Shown here: positions 9,165 to 18,209 of the stretch, piece by piece
Layout of the letters: each line of letters begins with the position of its first letter
How positions within the stretch are numbered: the first letter of the stretch is position 1
Translations under genes and position numbers: made by a program
The notes under the pieces: model-generated
Told to the model about the DNA's origin: nothing
Seen by the model: the letters and a program-made list of their open reading frames with translations, nothing else
Database searches by the model: none
NCBI GenBank assembly: GCA_964597575.1
Contig: CAZQXB010000001.1
Coordinates: forward strand, 778,892-842,891
Source: an uncultured Gammaproteobacteria bacterium
Lineage (GTDB): Bacteria; Patescibacteriota; Patescibacteriia; Magasanikbacterales; UBA922
Length of the DNA: 64,000 bases
Reading direction: 5' to 3'

Positions 9165-11003
9165 TTAGCGTTCTTGAAGAACACCACCATCAAAAAACGA
9201 AGGAAGAGCTACAAGAGGGTCAATATTTTTCTGTGTTCGTACGCTCCCTTCTACCGCCGAACGATACTTTGGTTTAACCGAGAAACGTGTCTGATGATTC
9301 CCGAGCAAAAACTGCTCACTCGTGGATCGACCGAGAGAGGTGAAAAATCCTGACGGAGCTCGGTGAGCATAGGAATTGGTGCCGAGTTGAACCAGAGAGC
9401 CATGAGGGTAGTGGTAACTATCCTTAGGTAGTTTTGACAACTTACCCCCGGTTGTTGGTGAGCGTCCCGCCATAATGTCCCTTCCATCGCTCACTCCATT
9501 TCCATTGGTATCAGCGCGCATGGGGTTGGTGAGCCAATACACCACCTCTTCATAGTCTGAGACAGCATCATTATCACTGTCCGTTCGCGCATCGCTTGAT
9601 CCGTACTCTTGTTCACTTTCTGCATCGAGCCCATCGCCATCAAAATCTTTCGCCCCAGGAACCGTACTTCCGGTTGAAATGATGGTATAGGCGGTTCGTT
9701 CTGTTCCAGAGAGCTCCACCAAACGGCCTGGCCAACCCGCACCATAAAGAAGATTTGCTTCTGTTTCTGAACGCAAATGCCTCAAGGTACAGCCATACTC
9801 CACAGCAAAGACCCGTGCATCACCACGAAATTTGACAAGCCAGGTGCCTGGGCGAATACAAACAGGGGCTCCAATACCATAACGGTCAATTTCTCCCGAA
9901 GAGACACTTGCAAGCGAAGCATCTGAAGGAAACCATGACTCAAACACCTTCTGTGACATAGGATGAAGCGCGCGATCACGCCCAAAATAAAGCACCTGCC
10001 CTCGTGCATCTTTTACAACCACGCCGGGTGTTAAGGTTCCGGCCTGGGGCTGTGGCCGAAGCGTTGCAACACTTGGTTTATAGGTAATGGTCTGACGAAC
10101 AGTAGAGGTAGTTTTATCACGGTCGTAGAACTCAACATACACCGTATGAATTCCTGACCGATTTTCCAAAGTCCACGGCATTGCCTGTCGGGGTGTGCGC
10201 CATACTCCGTCGTTTAAGGTGGAAGTATTACTTACCCGAAATGACTGAATATCGGACGGATACGAAAAGAGAAGATTGACCTGCGGCACCTTCGTTTCTT
10301 TCGCACCATTATTAATGGTGAACGTAGGCTTCTTGACCGCCCGATCGACTACCTCAATGGAATCCTGAAAAATATTACTTTGTTTATACTCCCCCGTGTT
10401 CCGATCAATTTCAGTATATTCAAATTGTGCGTATATGGTTTTTCGTCCGAGTCCATTATCAAGCCGGTGGCGAAGCGTGGCGATTGGTTTTCTCCACGCC
10501 ACAGTATCCATAGGAAGGCTATTCGACACACGCATGCGGCGAATATTTTTAGGAATTCCAATTTCCACAGACACCAAACTACTGCTCGTCTCGTCATCTC
10601 CGCCTTCAATAATAAGATATCCCTCTTGGTTCAAGTAATAGATAATGGTATCGGAATAAATCGCACTATCGACATAATTCCGATTACGAAATTCCACATA
10701 AACGGTTTTTCTTCCCGAACCCTCAGACAAATACCAGTTTTTTAACTCCGGACGAAACACACGCCAGTCGGCCCCAGCTACTTCATCGCGACTATTTCCA
10801 ATACGCATATGCGTCGTAGTGGTCGGTGCCTTAAACGTAAGCGTAACAAAACGATCGCTCGTTGAGCGAACATTTTTATTTATCACAACACTTGGTTTAA
10901 TAACCGTAGCTGCTTCAGTGAAGCTAAACCACAAAATTCCAGGGATAGCCAAAACCGCGACAAACAGAAGGAGTTGAAATTGCCTGGTAAACCTGGTATA
11001 CAT
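9165..11003 (-). CDS. Surface protein: three beta-rich repeats + CPR-type repeat domain + TSP3-like Ca-binding motifs
   Basis: N-terminal signal/TM; three repeats ending W.L..G.G.KT[VI]Y..F; DFDGDGL, DSDND, DTNGNG motifs. Confidence 0.75.
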   Translation of the reverse strand: MYTRFTRQFQLLLFVAVLAIPGILWFSFTEAATVIKPSVVINKNVRSTSDRFVTLTFKAPTTTTHMRIGNSRDEVAGADWRVFRPELKNWYLSEGSGRKTVYVEFRNRNYVDSAIYSDTIIYYLNQEGYLIIEGGDDETSSSLVSVEIGIPKNIRRMRVSNSLPMDTVAWRKPIATLRHRLDNGLGRKTIYAQFEYTEIDRNTGEYKQSNIFQDSIEVVDRAVKKPTFTINNGAKETKVPQVNLLFSYPSDIQSFRVSNTSTLNDGVWRTPRQAMPWTLENRSGIHTVYVEFYDRDKTTSTVRQTITYKPSVATLRPQPQAGTLTPGVVVKDARGQVLYFGRDRALHPMSQKVFESWFPSDASLASVSSGEIDRYGIGAPVCIRPGTWLVKFRGDARVFAVEYGCTLRHLRSETEANLLYGAGWPGRLVELSGTERTAYTIISTGSTVPGAKDFDGDGLDAESEQEYGSSDARTDSDNDAVSDYEEVVYWLTNPMRADTNGNGVSDGRDIMAGRSPTTGGKLSKLPKDSYHYPHGSLVQLGTNSYAHRAPSGFFTSLGRSTSEQFLLGNHQTRFSVKPKYRSAVEGSVRTQKNIDPLVALPSFFDGGVLQER

Positions 11004-11059
11004 ACAGGATAGAATTGAATAGTCGTAGTATACGAAATTTTCTTATTCTTCGCAACGGT

Positions 11060-12436
11060 ATGATGGCTTTCCGCATAAAACAACTCATTTTACTTACCGG
11101 GGACCTCGCCCTTATGTACGCGGGCCTCTGGGGAGGGCTCGGTTTACGCACACTGTCTATCCCCTCAGCTGACCTTTGGGGTCGGCACGTTCCTATCTTT
11201 ACCCTCACTTTTTTGTGCTGGGTTGTAATCAATTACATTAATGGACTCTACGACGCCACCCGCACCTACCCCATACGTCGTTTCGCCGAAACCGGCATCA
11301 TGGCCCTCATGACTGGGGTCATCTTTTTCTACTTATTTGGAGAAGCAGGATTCTCGCCAAAAACCATTCTTCTTATTGCAGCCACCCTTACCTACATCGG
11401 TATTGGATTTTGGCATATTCAGTTTGGAAAAGCCCAAGGCAACATTCGCCTGCAGACAAAAATTGCCTTTGCTGGCTTAACCGAGGAGGCCGTTGGACTT
11501 ATCTCCATCCTCCAAAAGGAGCCTGAAAGGGGATATCGCATTGAAGCCATTTTTGATGCCGACCCAAAAGACTTCCCAACCCTCGCTTCTAGTACTTCTT
11601 TGCCTTTTTACAAGAAAGAAAAAATGAAGGAAATTTTTACGGAAAAAGGAATTAGTACTGTTATTTTGGTACCGCTCAATCAAAATGCTGAAGTGATGCC
11701 AGCACTTTACCCTGTTCTCTTCTCTGATGTCTCAGTAAAAACGCTTTCAGATTTCTATGAAGAAATTACCGGACGTATTCCCCACTCTCTTTTTTCTGAA
11801 GAGTCATTTTTAAGCAACCTCAAACGAGAAAGAAACCCCCTCTACCGCCATATTCGTCGCACAGTCGACTTACTCGCGGTGCTTCTTATCGGCAGCGTCT
11901 TTTTGATTCTCTTCCCCTTCATTGCCATTCTTATCAAGGTGAGTTCCCCAGGCCCTCTCTTTTTTAAACAAAAACGTACCGGCGAATACGGGCAGATATT
12001 TTGGATGCACAAACTTCGCTCGATGTATGCGCTTTCGCCAGACGGAAGTGCTGAACTTCATGGTTTTGAATTTGCGAAAAAGGAAGATAAACGAGTAACA
12101 CCCATTGGGAAATGGCTTCGCCGCATGCGCATTGATGAGTTGCCACAATTATGGAATTTGGTGCGCGGAGATATTACGCTCATTGGCCCACGACCAGAGC
12201 GACCTGAGATTGTCGCAGAGCTTGAAGCCCGCATGCCATACTATGCACTTCGAAACATGGTTAAACCGGGGTTGACCGGTTGGGCTGTACTTCATCAAGA
12301 TTATACCGACACCATTGAACGCTCTCTTGAAAAACTGCAGTACGATTTATACTATATAAAAAACCGTTCACTCTTACTTGACATGGCGATTCTTCTCAAA
12401 ACCATTGATAAAATTATCCGCATGAAGGGGCAGTAA
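11060..12436 (+). CDS. Priming polyprenyl glycosylphosphotransferase (WcaJ/WbaP family)
   Basis: N-terminal TMs, CoA-binding-like middle, C-terminal DKRVTPIGKWLRRMRIDELPQLWN, GPRPERP, KPGLTGWA, YDLYYIKN. Confidence 0.92.
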   Translation: MMAFRIKQLILLTGDLALMYAGLWGGLGLRTLSIPSADLWGRHVPIFTLTFLCWVVINYINGLYDATRTYPIRRFAETGIMALMTGVIFFYLFGEAGFSPKTILLIAATLTYIGIGFWHIQFGKAQGNIRLQTKIAFAGLTEEAVGLISILQKEPERGYRIEAIFDADPKDFPTLASSTSLPFYKKEKMKEIFTEKGISTVILVPLNQNAEVMPALYPVLFSDVSVKTLSDFYEEITGRIPHSLFSEESFLSNLKRERNPLYRHIRRTVDLLAVLLIGSVFLILFPFIAILIKVSSPGPLFFKQKRTGEYGQIFWMHKLRSMYALSPDGSAELHGFEFAKKEDKRVTPIGKWLRRMRIDELPQLWNLVRGDITLIGPRPERPEIVAELEARMPYYALRNMVKPGLTGWAVLHQDYTDTIERSLEKLQYDLYYIKNRSLLLDMAILLKTIDKIIRMKGQ

Positions 12437-12484
12437 GGGGTGATTGATAAATAAAATTTTGACCAAAGATGCCATAGGCAGGCC

Positions 12485-12513
12485 TTGATTTTTTCTCTAG
12501 AAGATGCTATTCT
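12485..12513 (+). promoter_or_regulatory. sigma70-type promoter for first GC-rich orphan gene
   Basis: TTGATT-N17-TATTCT with extended TG; GGAGG at 12562-12566 before ATG 12575. Confidence 0.6.
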
Positions 12514-12574
12514 TTTTTTGCTTCCCTATGGTAGATCCAACGTGATCGCTTAGGCTAAAGCGGAGGTTAAACGA

Positions 12575-13147
12575 ATGATTGCAAAGTGTCTGGGAAAGTA
12601 CATGGTCCTACCTCACGTCCTCCTGGCGTTCACTCTGATCTTCGCCGCTGCATGCGGCGGGCAGGAGATGGAGGAAGAGGCTTACGGTGAGACCGCCTCG
12701 CCGTCCTACGCCACCGACTGTGCTGGACAGCCGCCCGGCGCGATCGTGGCGGTGACCGCCGTCCAGAAGCAGTACAGGTACGTCAGCACGAACGCACACG
12801 CGTTCACTGTGAACGCGACCAGCCCCTACGGCTGGTTCACGTTCAACAACCGGTCCACGTTCTTCGGGCAGCAAGTGTACTCGGCAATCGTCATACCGGC
12901 TCAGTTTCACTACGCCAACTACGCGCTCCCTTCCTACCCGGGAGTAGTATGGCTACTCCCTTCGTCCGGTACTTTGCCGCCGGGAACCCAGCTTTGGTGG
13001 CACACTGAAGTTCCAGGAGCCATGGGATCAACCTTGCTCGATCTAGATGAGGTGGGGCAGAGCCCGCAAGTCCTCAGATATAGCGCGAGGGACACGAGTC
13101 ACACGCAGGTAGGAAACGTGACTCTTAGCTACGTCTGCGGAAACTAG
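12575..13147 (+). CDS. GC-rich orphan putative lipoprotein
   Basis: 190 aa; hydrophobic stretch ending in lipobox-like FAAA|CGG; strong G/C third-position bias; SD and promoter upstream. Confidence 0.75.
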   Translation: MIAKCLGKYMVLPHVLLAFTLIFAAACGGQEMEEEAYGETASPSYATDCAGQPPGAIVAVTAVQKQYRYVSTNAHAFTVNATSPYGWFTFNNRSTFFGQQVYSAIVIPAQFHYANYALPSYPGVVWLLPSSGTLPPGTQLWWHTEVPGAMGSTLLDLDEVGQSPQVLRYSARDTSHTQVGNVTLSYVCGN

Positions 13148-13259
13148 GCTCTGCCACATAACGGCGCCTCCTCCCCCCTCACGTTTCACCAGTTGCCGTA
13201 TACAGTTGTAGCCAGTTCGTTCATTGTCGAACAACCCGCTCCTGTTCAAAAACTGGTTC

Positions 13260-13295
13260 CCAAAAAAAGAGCTTTTACGGAGGCTCTTTTTTGGT
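13260..13295 (+). terminator. Intrinsic terminator
   Basis: AAAGAGCTTT-TACG-GAGGCTCTTT stem (with G-U pairs) followed by T tract. Confidence 0.75.
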
Positions 13296-13415
13296 ACATA
13301 CATTTTCGAAAACCCGACTGCTCGCTAAAAAAGGAGAAACACTAAACTACCTATAAAAACCACCATTATGAATTGTAAAAATCGCTTAATCTAGCTGTTT
13401 TTTATGAATAACCTA

Positions 13416-13444
13416 TTGACAAAACCACTATTTTGTGCTATAGT
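13416..13444 (+). promoter_or_regulatory. Strong sigma70 promoter for second GC-rich orphan gene
   Basis: TTGACA-N17-TATAGT with extended TG. Confidence 0.8.
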
Positions 13445-13542
13445 GCGCTGTTCCGAGGCCAAAAAGCTTCACATAAACGGAACTCGACTGCCTTACAGTC
13501 GACAACCTAAAACCCTGGATTCTTCCAGAGAAAGGCTCAACC

Positions 13543-14010
13543 ATGAACCTCAAGCGTATCGCTCTTTCCCTGGTCATCGCGATCGTCAGTGCCTTCATCG
13601 GGTGCGCAGCGGGCTCCCCCCAGCAGCACCACAAGGCCGAGGTGGCCGAAGAGCGACCTACCGGCGGAGGGTGGCAGACGAAGCACTTCTACTGTACCCT
13701 CATGATGGGCAACGTGTGCCCCGACATCTCGGCCCTGCACAAGCTCGACCATCTCCTCGACGAGGTGTTGAGCGAAGGAGGCTCGAGGGACGTCCACGAT
13801 GTCGCTGAGGGGATGATCGAAAAATCCACCACCCTGGACGGCGCCGAGATGCGCCTCAGCATGGTGCCCGAGGACGCCAAGACGCCCGTCGGGTGCCGAG
13901 GGGGTTGCGGATTCATCGAGCTCCGGACACTGGATGGACGGCGCTGGATCGTCACTGTCGAAGGGAGCCGGGAGATCAACGGAAACGTGATCTTCTGGCC
14001 GGAACAGTGA
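13543..14010 (+). CDS. GC-rich orphan putative lipoprotein, Cys-containing
   Basis: MNLKR + hydrophobic core + FIG|C lipobox; GAAAGG upstream; strong G/C third-position bias. Confidence 0.75.
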   Translation: MNLKRIALSLVIAIVSAFIGCAAGSPQQHHKAEVAEERPTGGGWQTKHFYCTLMMGNVCPDISALHKLDHLLDEVLSEGGSRDVHDVAEGMIEKSTTLDGAEMRLSMVPEDAKTPVGCRGGCGFIELRTLDGRRWIVTVEGSREINGNVIFWPEQ

Positions 14011-14079
14011 CACATACCCCACCACTATACAGTGCGTGGGGTAAAATTATTTTTGGAGCATATGAGCCACAAAAAATCC

Positions 14080-14994
14080 TTACACCACATTCCACAATTT
14101 TTTCATCTCAAGCACTCCCTCTTCTAAAGAAATTATCGGCTCCCAGCCTAAAAGAGTTTTTGCTTTATCATTATCGGCTTTAGTAAAACGAACATCGCCC
14201 AAACGTGGCGGTACAAACTGTGTCTCCCCACCAATTAATTTGGCCAGGGCATTTACAGAAACAGGTTGGCCATTCCCAATGTTAATACACTCCCCTTTTC
14301 CAACCGTTGTTGCTGCCATGGCCAAAACATTGGCACGGGCAATATCTGACACGTGCGTGTAATCTCGATAATATTCGCCATCGCCACAAATCGTCATGGG
14401 TTCCCCCTTCCGGCGCTGTTCTAAGAACTTTCCGATGACAAGTGCATAGGCTCCTTGTGGATCCATGTAAGGACCATACACATTAAAGTAACAGAGTGCC
14501 ACCGTTTCAAGGCCATAGAGAGATGAAAAAAGACGGCAATACTCTTGCCCTGCCAACTTTTGCAGCGCATAAGGGCTTTGTGGATCGGGCTTCATGTCTT
14601 CGGTAATCGCCACATCCCCGCGATTTCCACCATAGATAGAAGATGACGTGCTAAAAATGACCCGCTTCACTTTCGCATCCCGTGCCGCCAAAAGAACATT
14701 CAGGGTTCCGTTAACATTGTGATCGTTTGTTATAAGTGGCTGCTCTACCGAAAATGGTACGCGCGGAACTGCCGCCAGATGAAAGACACCGTCGACACCC
14801 TGAACCGCCGAAGCGACTGCGCTCAAATCTCGAATATCTCCCTCACGATACTCAACCCCTTCAATGACTCGTTCAGGAAAACGCCCTCCCAAATAATTAT
14901 CAAACACGCGTACCGCATGACCTTCTGACAAAAGTTGTTTCACCAAGTTCGTTCCGATAAATCCTGCTCCCCCAGTAACAAGATACAGTGCCAT
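14080..14994 (-). CDS. NAD-dependent nucleotide-sugar 4-epimerase (WbpP/GalE-like)
   Basis: TGGAGFIG, VFHLAA, SPYALQK (YxxxK), YFNVYGP, RDYTHVSD. Confidence 0.9.
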   Translation of the reverse strand: MALYLVTGGAGFIGTNLVKQLLSEGHAVRVFDNYLGGRFPERVIEGVEYREGDIRDLSAVASAVQGVDGVFHLAAVPRVPFSVEQPLITNDHNVNGTLNVLLAARDAKVKRVIFSTSSSIYGGNRGDVAITEDMKPDPQSPYALQKLAGQEYCRLFSSLYGLETVALCYFNVYGPYMDPQGAYALVIGKFLEQRRKGEPMTICGDGEYYRDYTHVSDIARANVLAMAATTVGKGECINIGNGQPVSVNALAKLIGGETQFVPPRLGDVRFTKADNDKAKTLLGWEPIISLEEGVLEMKKLWNVV

Positions 14995-15004
14995 AAAGAA
15001 AAAA

Positions 15005-16390
15005 TTATTCTTTGGTACCCATGTATGGTGAACCTACTGCAATAATAGAAAACCCCGCATCTCTTAACTCACTAAAACGATGCTGAAGCATACGCCTGCC
15101 ATCCATAATAAGTGGCCGCTTCTTTTCTCCGAGAAGCAGATCGCCGAGACCGCGAAACTGCGGCCAATCGGTCGCAACGATGACCACATCAGCGCCTTTC
15201 ACTGCTTCGTATTCATGCGAGGCATAGGAAATCACCGTGTCAACTGGAAATTCTTTTTGGAAACCTTCCATAGCTGCAGGGTCGTATAACTGAATACGAG
15301 CCACACCTTTTTCACGCAAAAATTGGACCATGGAAATACTTGGGGAGTTGCGAATATCATTGGTATCACGTTTAAATGCCAAACCAAGAATCGCGACCGT
15401 TTTACCGCTCCAAGAGAAATGCGCTTCTTTCTCTGCACGAGCCAAGAAAAGTTCGAGTTGGCGCTTATTCGCTAAATAGGTTTCATTCACAAGCACTGCC
15501 TCGGTTCCCGCCATTTGTAATTGATGCGACAGTGATCGTGCATCTTTAATAAAACAGCTTCCGCCCGCATATACACTGTCGTAAAAACCCCAGGTACCGA
15601 TACGAGGGTCGCTCGTCATAATGCGACGAATCGTTTCAAACTGCACATCAGGAAAGGCTTCACAGGTTCGACCAACAACATCAAAACACACCGCTAGTCG
15701 ATTGAAGAGATAAAAATTGGCTAACAGTTTTCCAGCAGCAGCTTCTTTCGGATTCACCTCCAAGTATTGAACCGTTGGTGAATCATGAAATCGTTGATAA
15801 ATTTCACGCATCACTAAAAAATCTTCCTCTCGCCATGCCCCAACCACAATACGATCGGGCTTGAGAGAGCCCGCAATCGCCTTTCCTTCAACTAAAAATT
15901 CTGGATTCGAAACCACACCCACGTGCTTTACACCGGCTTCTTCCAAAATGGCGTCGGTACGAAGCACCATATCAATCGGTACCGTACTCTTATTCACAAC
16001 CACAAGCCGCTTCGTTTGCGCTCCCCCATTTCGTTTTGTGAGTGCTTCGGCCAATTGAGCGGCCGCAGTATTGTAGTACGTCAAATTACTTTCCCCTGTT
16101 TCTCCAATTTCAGGAGTAGGCAAACACATAAACACCGCGTCACAGGTGTCTAAAAAGGAAGAAAGATCGGCGTAGTTGGTACTGAAGGTGATTCGATCTT
16201 TGTGGCGAATGAGCAAATCCGATAAGCCTTCCTCAAAAAGACACGATTCAATGGCCTCACGGTTTCCTGATCCTAATTTTTGAATTTTTCGCTCATCAAC
16301 ATCGTAAACAAACACTCGGTGCCCGCTGTCCGCTGAAACGGCCGCCGAGCACGAGCCAACAAAGCCTGCCCCGATGTAGGCGATGTTCAT
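15005..16390 (-). CDS. ugd: UDP-glucose 6-dehydrogenase family
   Basis: IGAGFVG, KSTVP, SNPEFLVEG, catalytic GGSCFIKD, LGLAFKRDTNDIRNSP. Confidence 0.92.
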   Translation of the reverse strand: MNIAYIGAGFVGSCSAAVSADSGHRVFVYDVDERKIQKLGSGNREAIESCLFEEGLSDLLIRHKDRITFSTNYADLSSFLDTCDAVFMCLPTPEIGETGESNLTYYNTAAAQLAEALTKRNGGAQTKRLVVVNKSTVPIDMVLRTDAILEEAGVKHVGVVSNPEFLVEGKAIAGSLKPDRIVVGAWREEDFLVMREIYQRFHDSPTVQYLEVNPKEAAAGKLLANFYLFNRLAVCFDVVGRTCEAFPDVQFETIRRIMTSDPRIGTWGFYDSVYAGGSCFIKDARSLSHQLQMAGTEAVLVNETYLANKRQLELFLARAEKEAHFSWSGKTVAILGLAFKRDTNDIRNSPSISMVQFLREKGVARIQLYDPAAMEGFQKEFPVDTVISYASHEYEAVKGADVVIVATDWPQFRGLGDLLLGEKKRPLIMDGRRMLQHRFSELRDAGFSIIAVGSPYMGTKE

Positions 16391-17328
16391 ACTTGGGTAC
16401 GGAAGTAATCAATCGTAATCTGGAGTCCGGTTTTCAAATCAAAAGTGGGTTCCCAATCTAAGAGTTGTTTTGCTTTTGTAATATCAGGGCGGCGGCGTGT
16501 GGGGTCATCTTGAGGAATAGGGCGATACACCACTTCACTTTGTGTTTTTGTGGCCCCTCGCACCCGTTCAGCAAATTCAGTAATCGTTATTTCTTCTGGG
16601 TTTCCTAAGTTAATTGGCCCGGTAATCGCGAGTGGTGATTCCATCATCGCGATAAAACCACGGACCAGGTCGTCTACGAAACAAAAACTGCGTGTTTGGC
16701 TGCCGTCGCCAAAAACCGTCATTTGCTCGCCACGAAGCGCCTGAAGAACGAGGTTTGAAACCACTCGCCCATCGTCGAGTGCCATTTTCGGCCCATAGGT
16801 GTTAAAAATACGCACCACCTTAATCGGTACGCCAAATCCGCGATGATAATCAAAAAAGAGCGCCTCGGCACACCGCTTGCCTTCGTCATAACATGCGCGT
16901 GGACCAATACAATTCACTGATCCTCGATATTCTTCATACTGCGGATGAATTTCAGGGTCGCCATACACCTCAGATGTTGACGCCTGAAGAATCGTGGCTC
17001 CTTTTTCTTTTGCCACCTCAAGCACATGCATCACACCAACGGTATTGGTTTGAATGGTGTGGATTGGATTTTTTTGATACTGCACGGGCGACGCAGGGCA
17101 AGCCAAATTATATATTTCGTGCACTGGCTCATCGATAGAAAATTGTTCAATAATGTCGTGTTCAATGAGCACAAAGTCCGGGTGAACCAAAAGCGCCTCG
17201 ATGTTCTTCTTTGATCCTGTTGAAAAATTATCAACACAAAGAACCCGATTTCCTCTTTCCAAAAGCCGCTCACACAGATGTGAACCAATAAACCCGGCTC
17301 CACCCGTCACCAGAATTGTCTTTTTCAT
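16387..17328 (-). CDS. uxs: UDP-glucuronate decarboxylase (UDP-xylose synthase)
   Basis: IYNLACPASP, ASTSEVYGDP, GPRACYDEGKR, RIFNTYGP, DGRVVSN, DDPTRRRPDI; adjacent to ugd. Confidence 0.92.
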   Translation of the reverse strand: MKKTILVTGGAGFIGSHLCERLLERGNRVLCVDNFSTGSKKNIEALLVHPDFVLIEHDIIEQFSIDEPVHEIYNLACPASPVQYQKNPIHTIQTNTVGVMHVLEVAKEKGATILQASTSEVYGDPEIHPQYEEYRGSVNCIGPRACYDEGKRCAEALFFDYHRGFGVPIKVVRIFNTYGPKMALDDGRVVSNLVLQALRGEQMTVFGDGSQTRSFCFVDDLVRGFIAMMESPLAITGPINLGNPEEITITEFAERVRGATKTQSEVVYRPIPQDDPTRRRPDITKAKQLLDWEPTFDLKTGLQITIDYFRTQV

Positions 17329-17339
17329 AAAAACCTCGT

Positions 17340-18203
17340 TTATTTCTTTGGTTTCACCATATTCTTACATAACGCTCGAAAGTATGCAAGCCAAATACCC
17401 ACCCAAACCAACCCCCGAAAAACCCCTGAATGGACCCCCGCGAAGTGTTTATCGTAGTAGAGCCACATCGCATGGTAGAAGTTTCGAATCGACCGGACCC
17501 GACTCTTTTTACTGCTCTGCCCGCCTAAATGGGTAATAACGGACGTATGTACGTAGTGAATAGGAAATCCGGCATCAAGCACCCTTTTACATAAATCCAA
17601 GTCTTCTCCATACATGAAAAAACGCTCATCAAAACCCCCGACAGCGTGATAGACCTCTCGTCGAAAAAGCATGGCTGCCCCGGAAATAGCCTCAACCACA
17701 CCTGAAACATCGGGTGATTCCGCCTCCCCTTTATAGGCGTTCAGTCGTTTTGAACCCGGAAATAACTTGCCGATCCCAGATAAGTAGAAAAAAGAATTGA
17801 TTGGATTGGGCAACCGGCGCCGACACGCATGTTGAAATGACCCATCGCTATTCAACAGCTTAGGCCCAACCATTCCAACTTCAGCATGTTCCGAAAGATA
17901 CTGAACTAATACATCGACTGCTCCTTCATGGGTGATCGTATCGCTGTTTAATAAAAAAAGAAAATTTCCTGTAGCTCGTTTCAGTCCAATATTATTCGCT
18001 TTTCCAAATCCTAAATTAGCTTCATTCACGATAAGCACCACGTCCGGAAATTCTGCTTTGACCATCTCCACACTTCCGTCGGCCGAGGCATTATCGACCA
18101 CAATCACCTCAAGCTGTACGCGGGTTGCCTGAAAAAGTGAGGCGAGAGTTTGCCGAAGTAAATCTTTGGTGTTCCAATTCACGATAATTACAGAAGTACG
18201 CAT
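17340..18203 (-). CDS. GT2 glycosyltransferase (WbbL/rhamnosyltransferase-like)
   Basis: IIVNWN, VVDNASAD, NLGFGKANN, LNSD, GGFDERFFMYGEDLD. Confidence 0.9.
   Translation of the reverse strand: MRTSVIIVNWNTKDLLRQTLASLFQATRVQLEVIVVDNASADGSVEMVKAEFPDVVLIVNEANLGFGKANNIGLKRATGNFLFLLNSDTITHEGAVDVLVQYLSEHAEVGMVGPKLLNSDGSFQHACRRRLPNPINSFFYLSGIGKLFPGSKRLNAYKGEAESPDVSGVVEAISGAAMLFRREVYHAVGGFDERFFMYGEDLDLCKRVLDAGFPIHYVHTSVITHLGGQSSKKSRVRSIRNFYHAMWLYYDKHFAGVHSGVFRGLVWVGIWLAYFRALCKNMVKPKK
17998..18104. repeat. 107-bp direct repeat, copy 1 (copy 2 at 19865-19971)
   Basis: First 72 nt identical, 4 mismatches over 107 nt. Confidence 0.95.
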
Positions 18204-18209
18204 AGTGGA

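Noticed and set aside
13404-14025. Overlapping ORFs 13404-13808 (+), 13537-14025 (-), 13689-14015 (-)
   Set aside because: Shadow ORFs expected from high GC; only 13543-14010 has an SD, signal peptide and codon bias
12437-14079. Integron, prophage or IS explanation for the GC-rich cassettes
   Set aside because: No integrase or transposase, terminal repeats or convincing attC (RYYYAAC..GTTRRRY) seen; each gene has its own promoter
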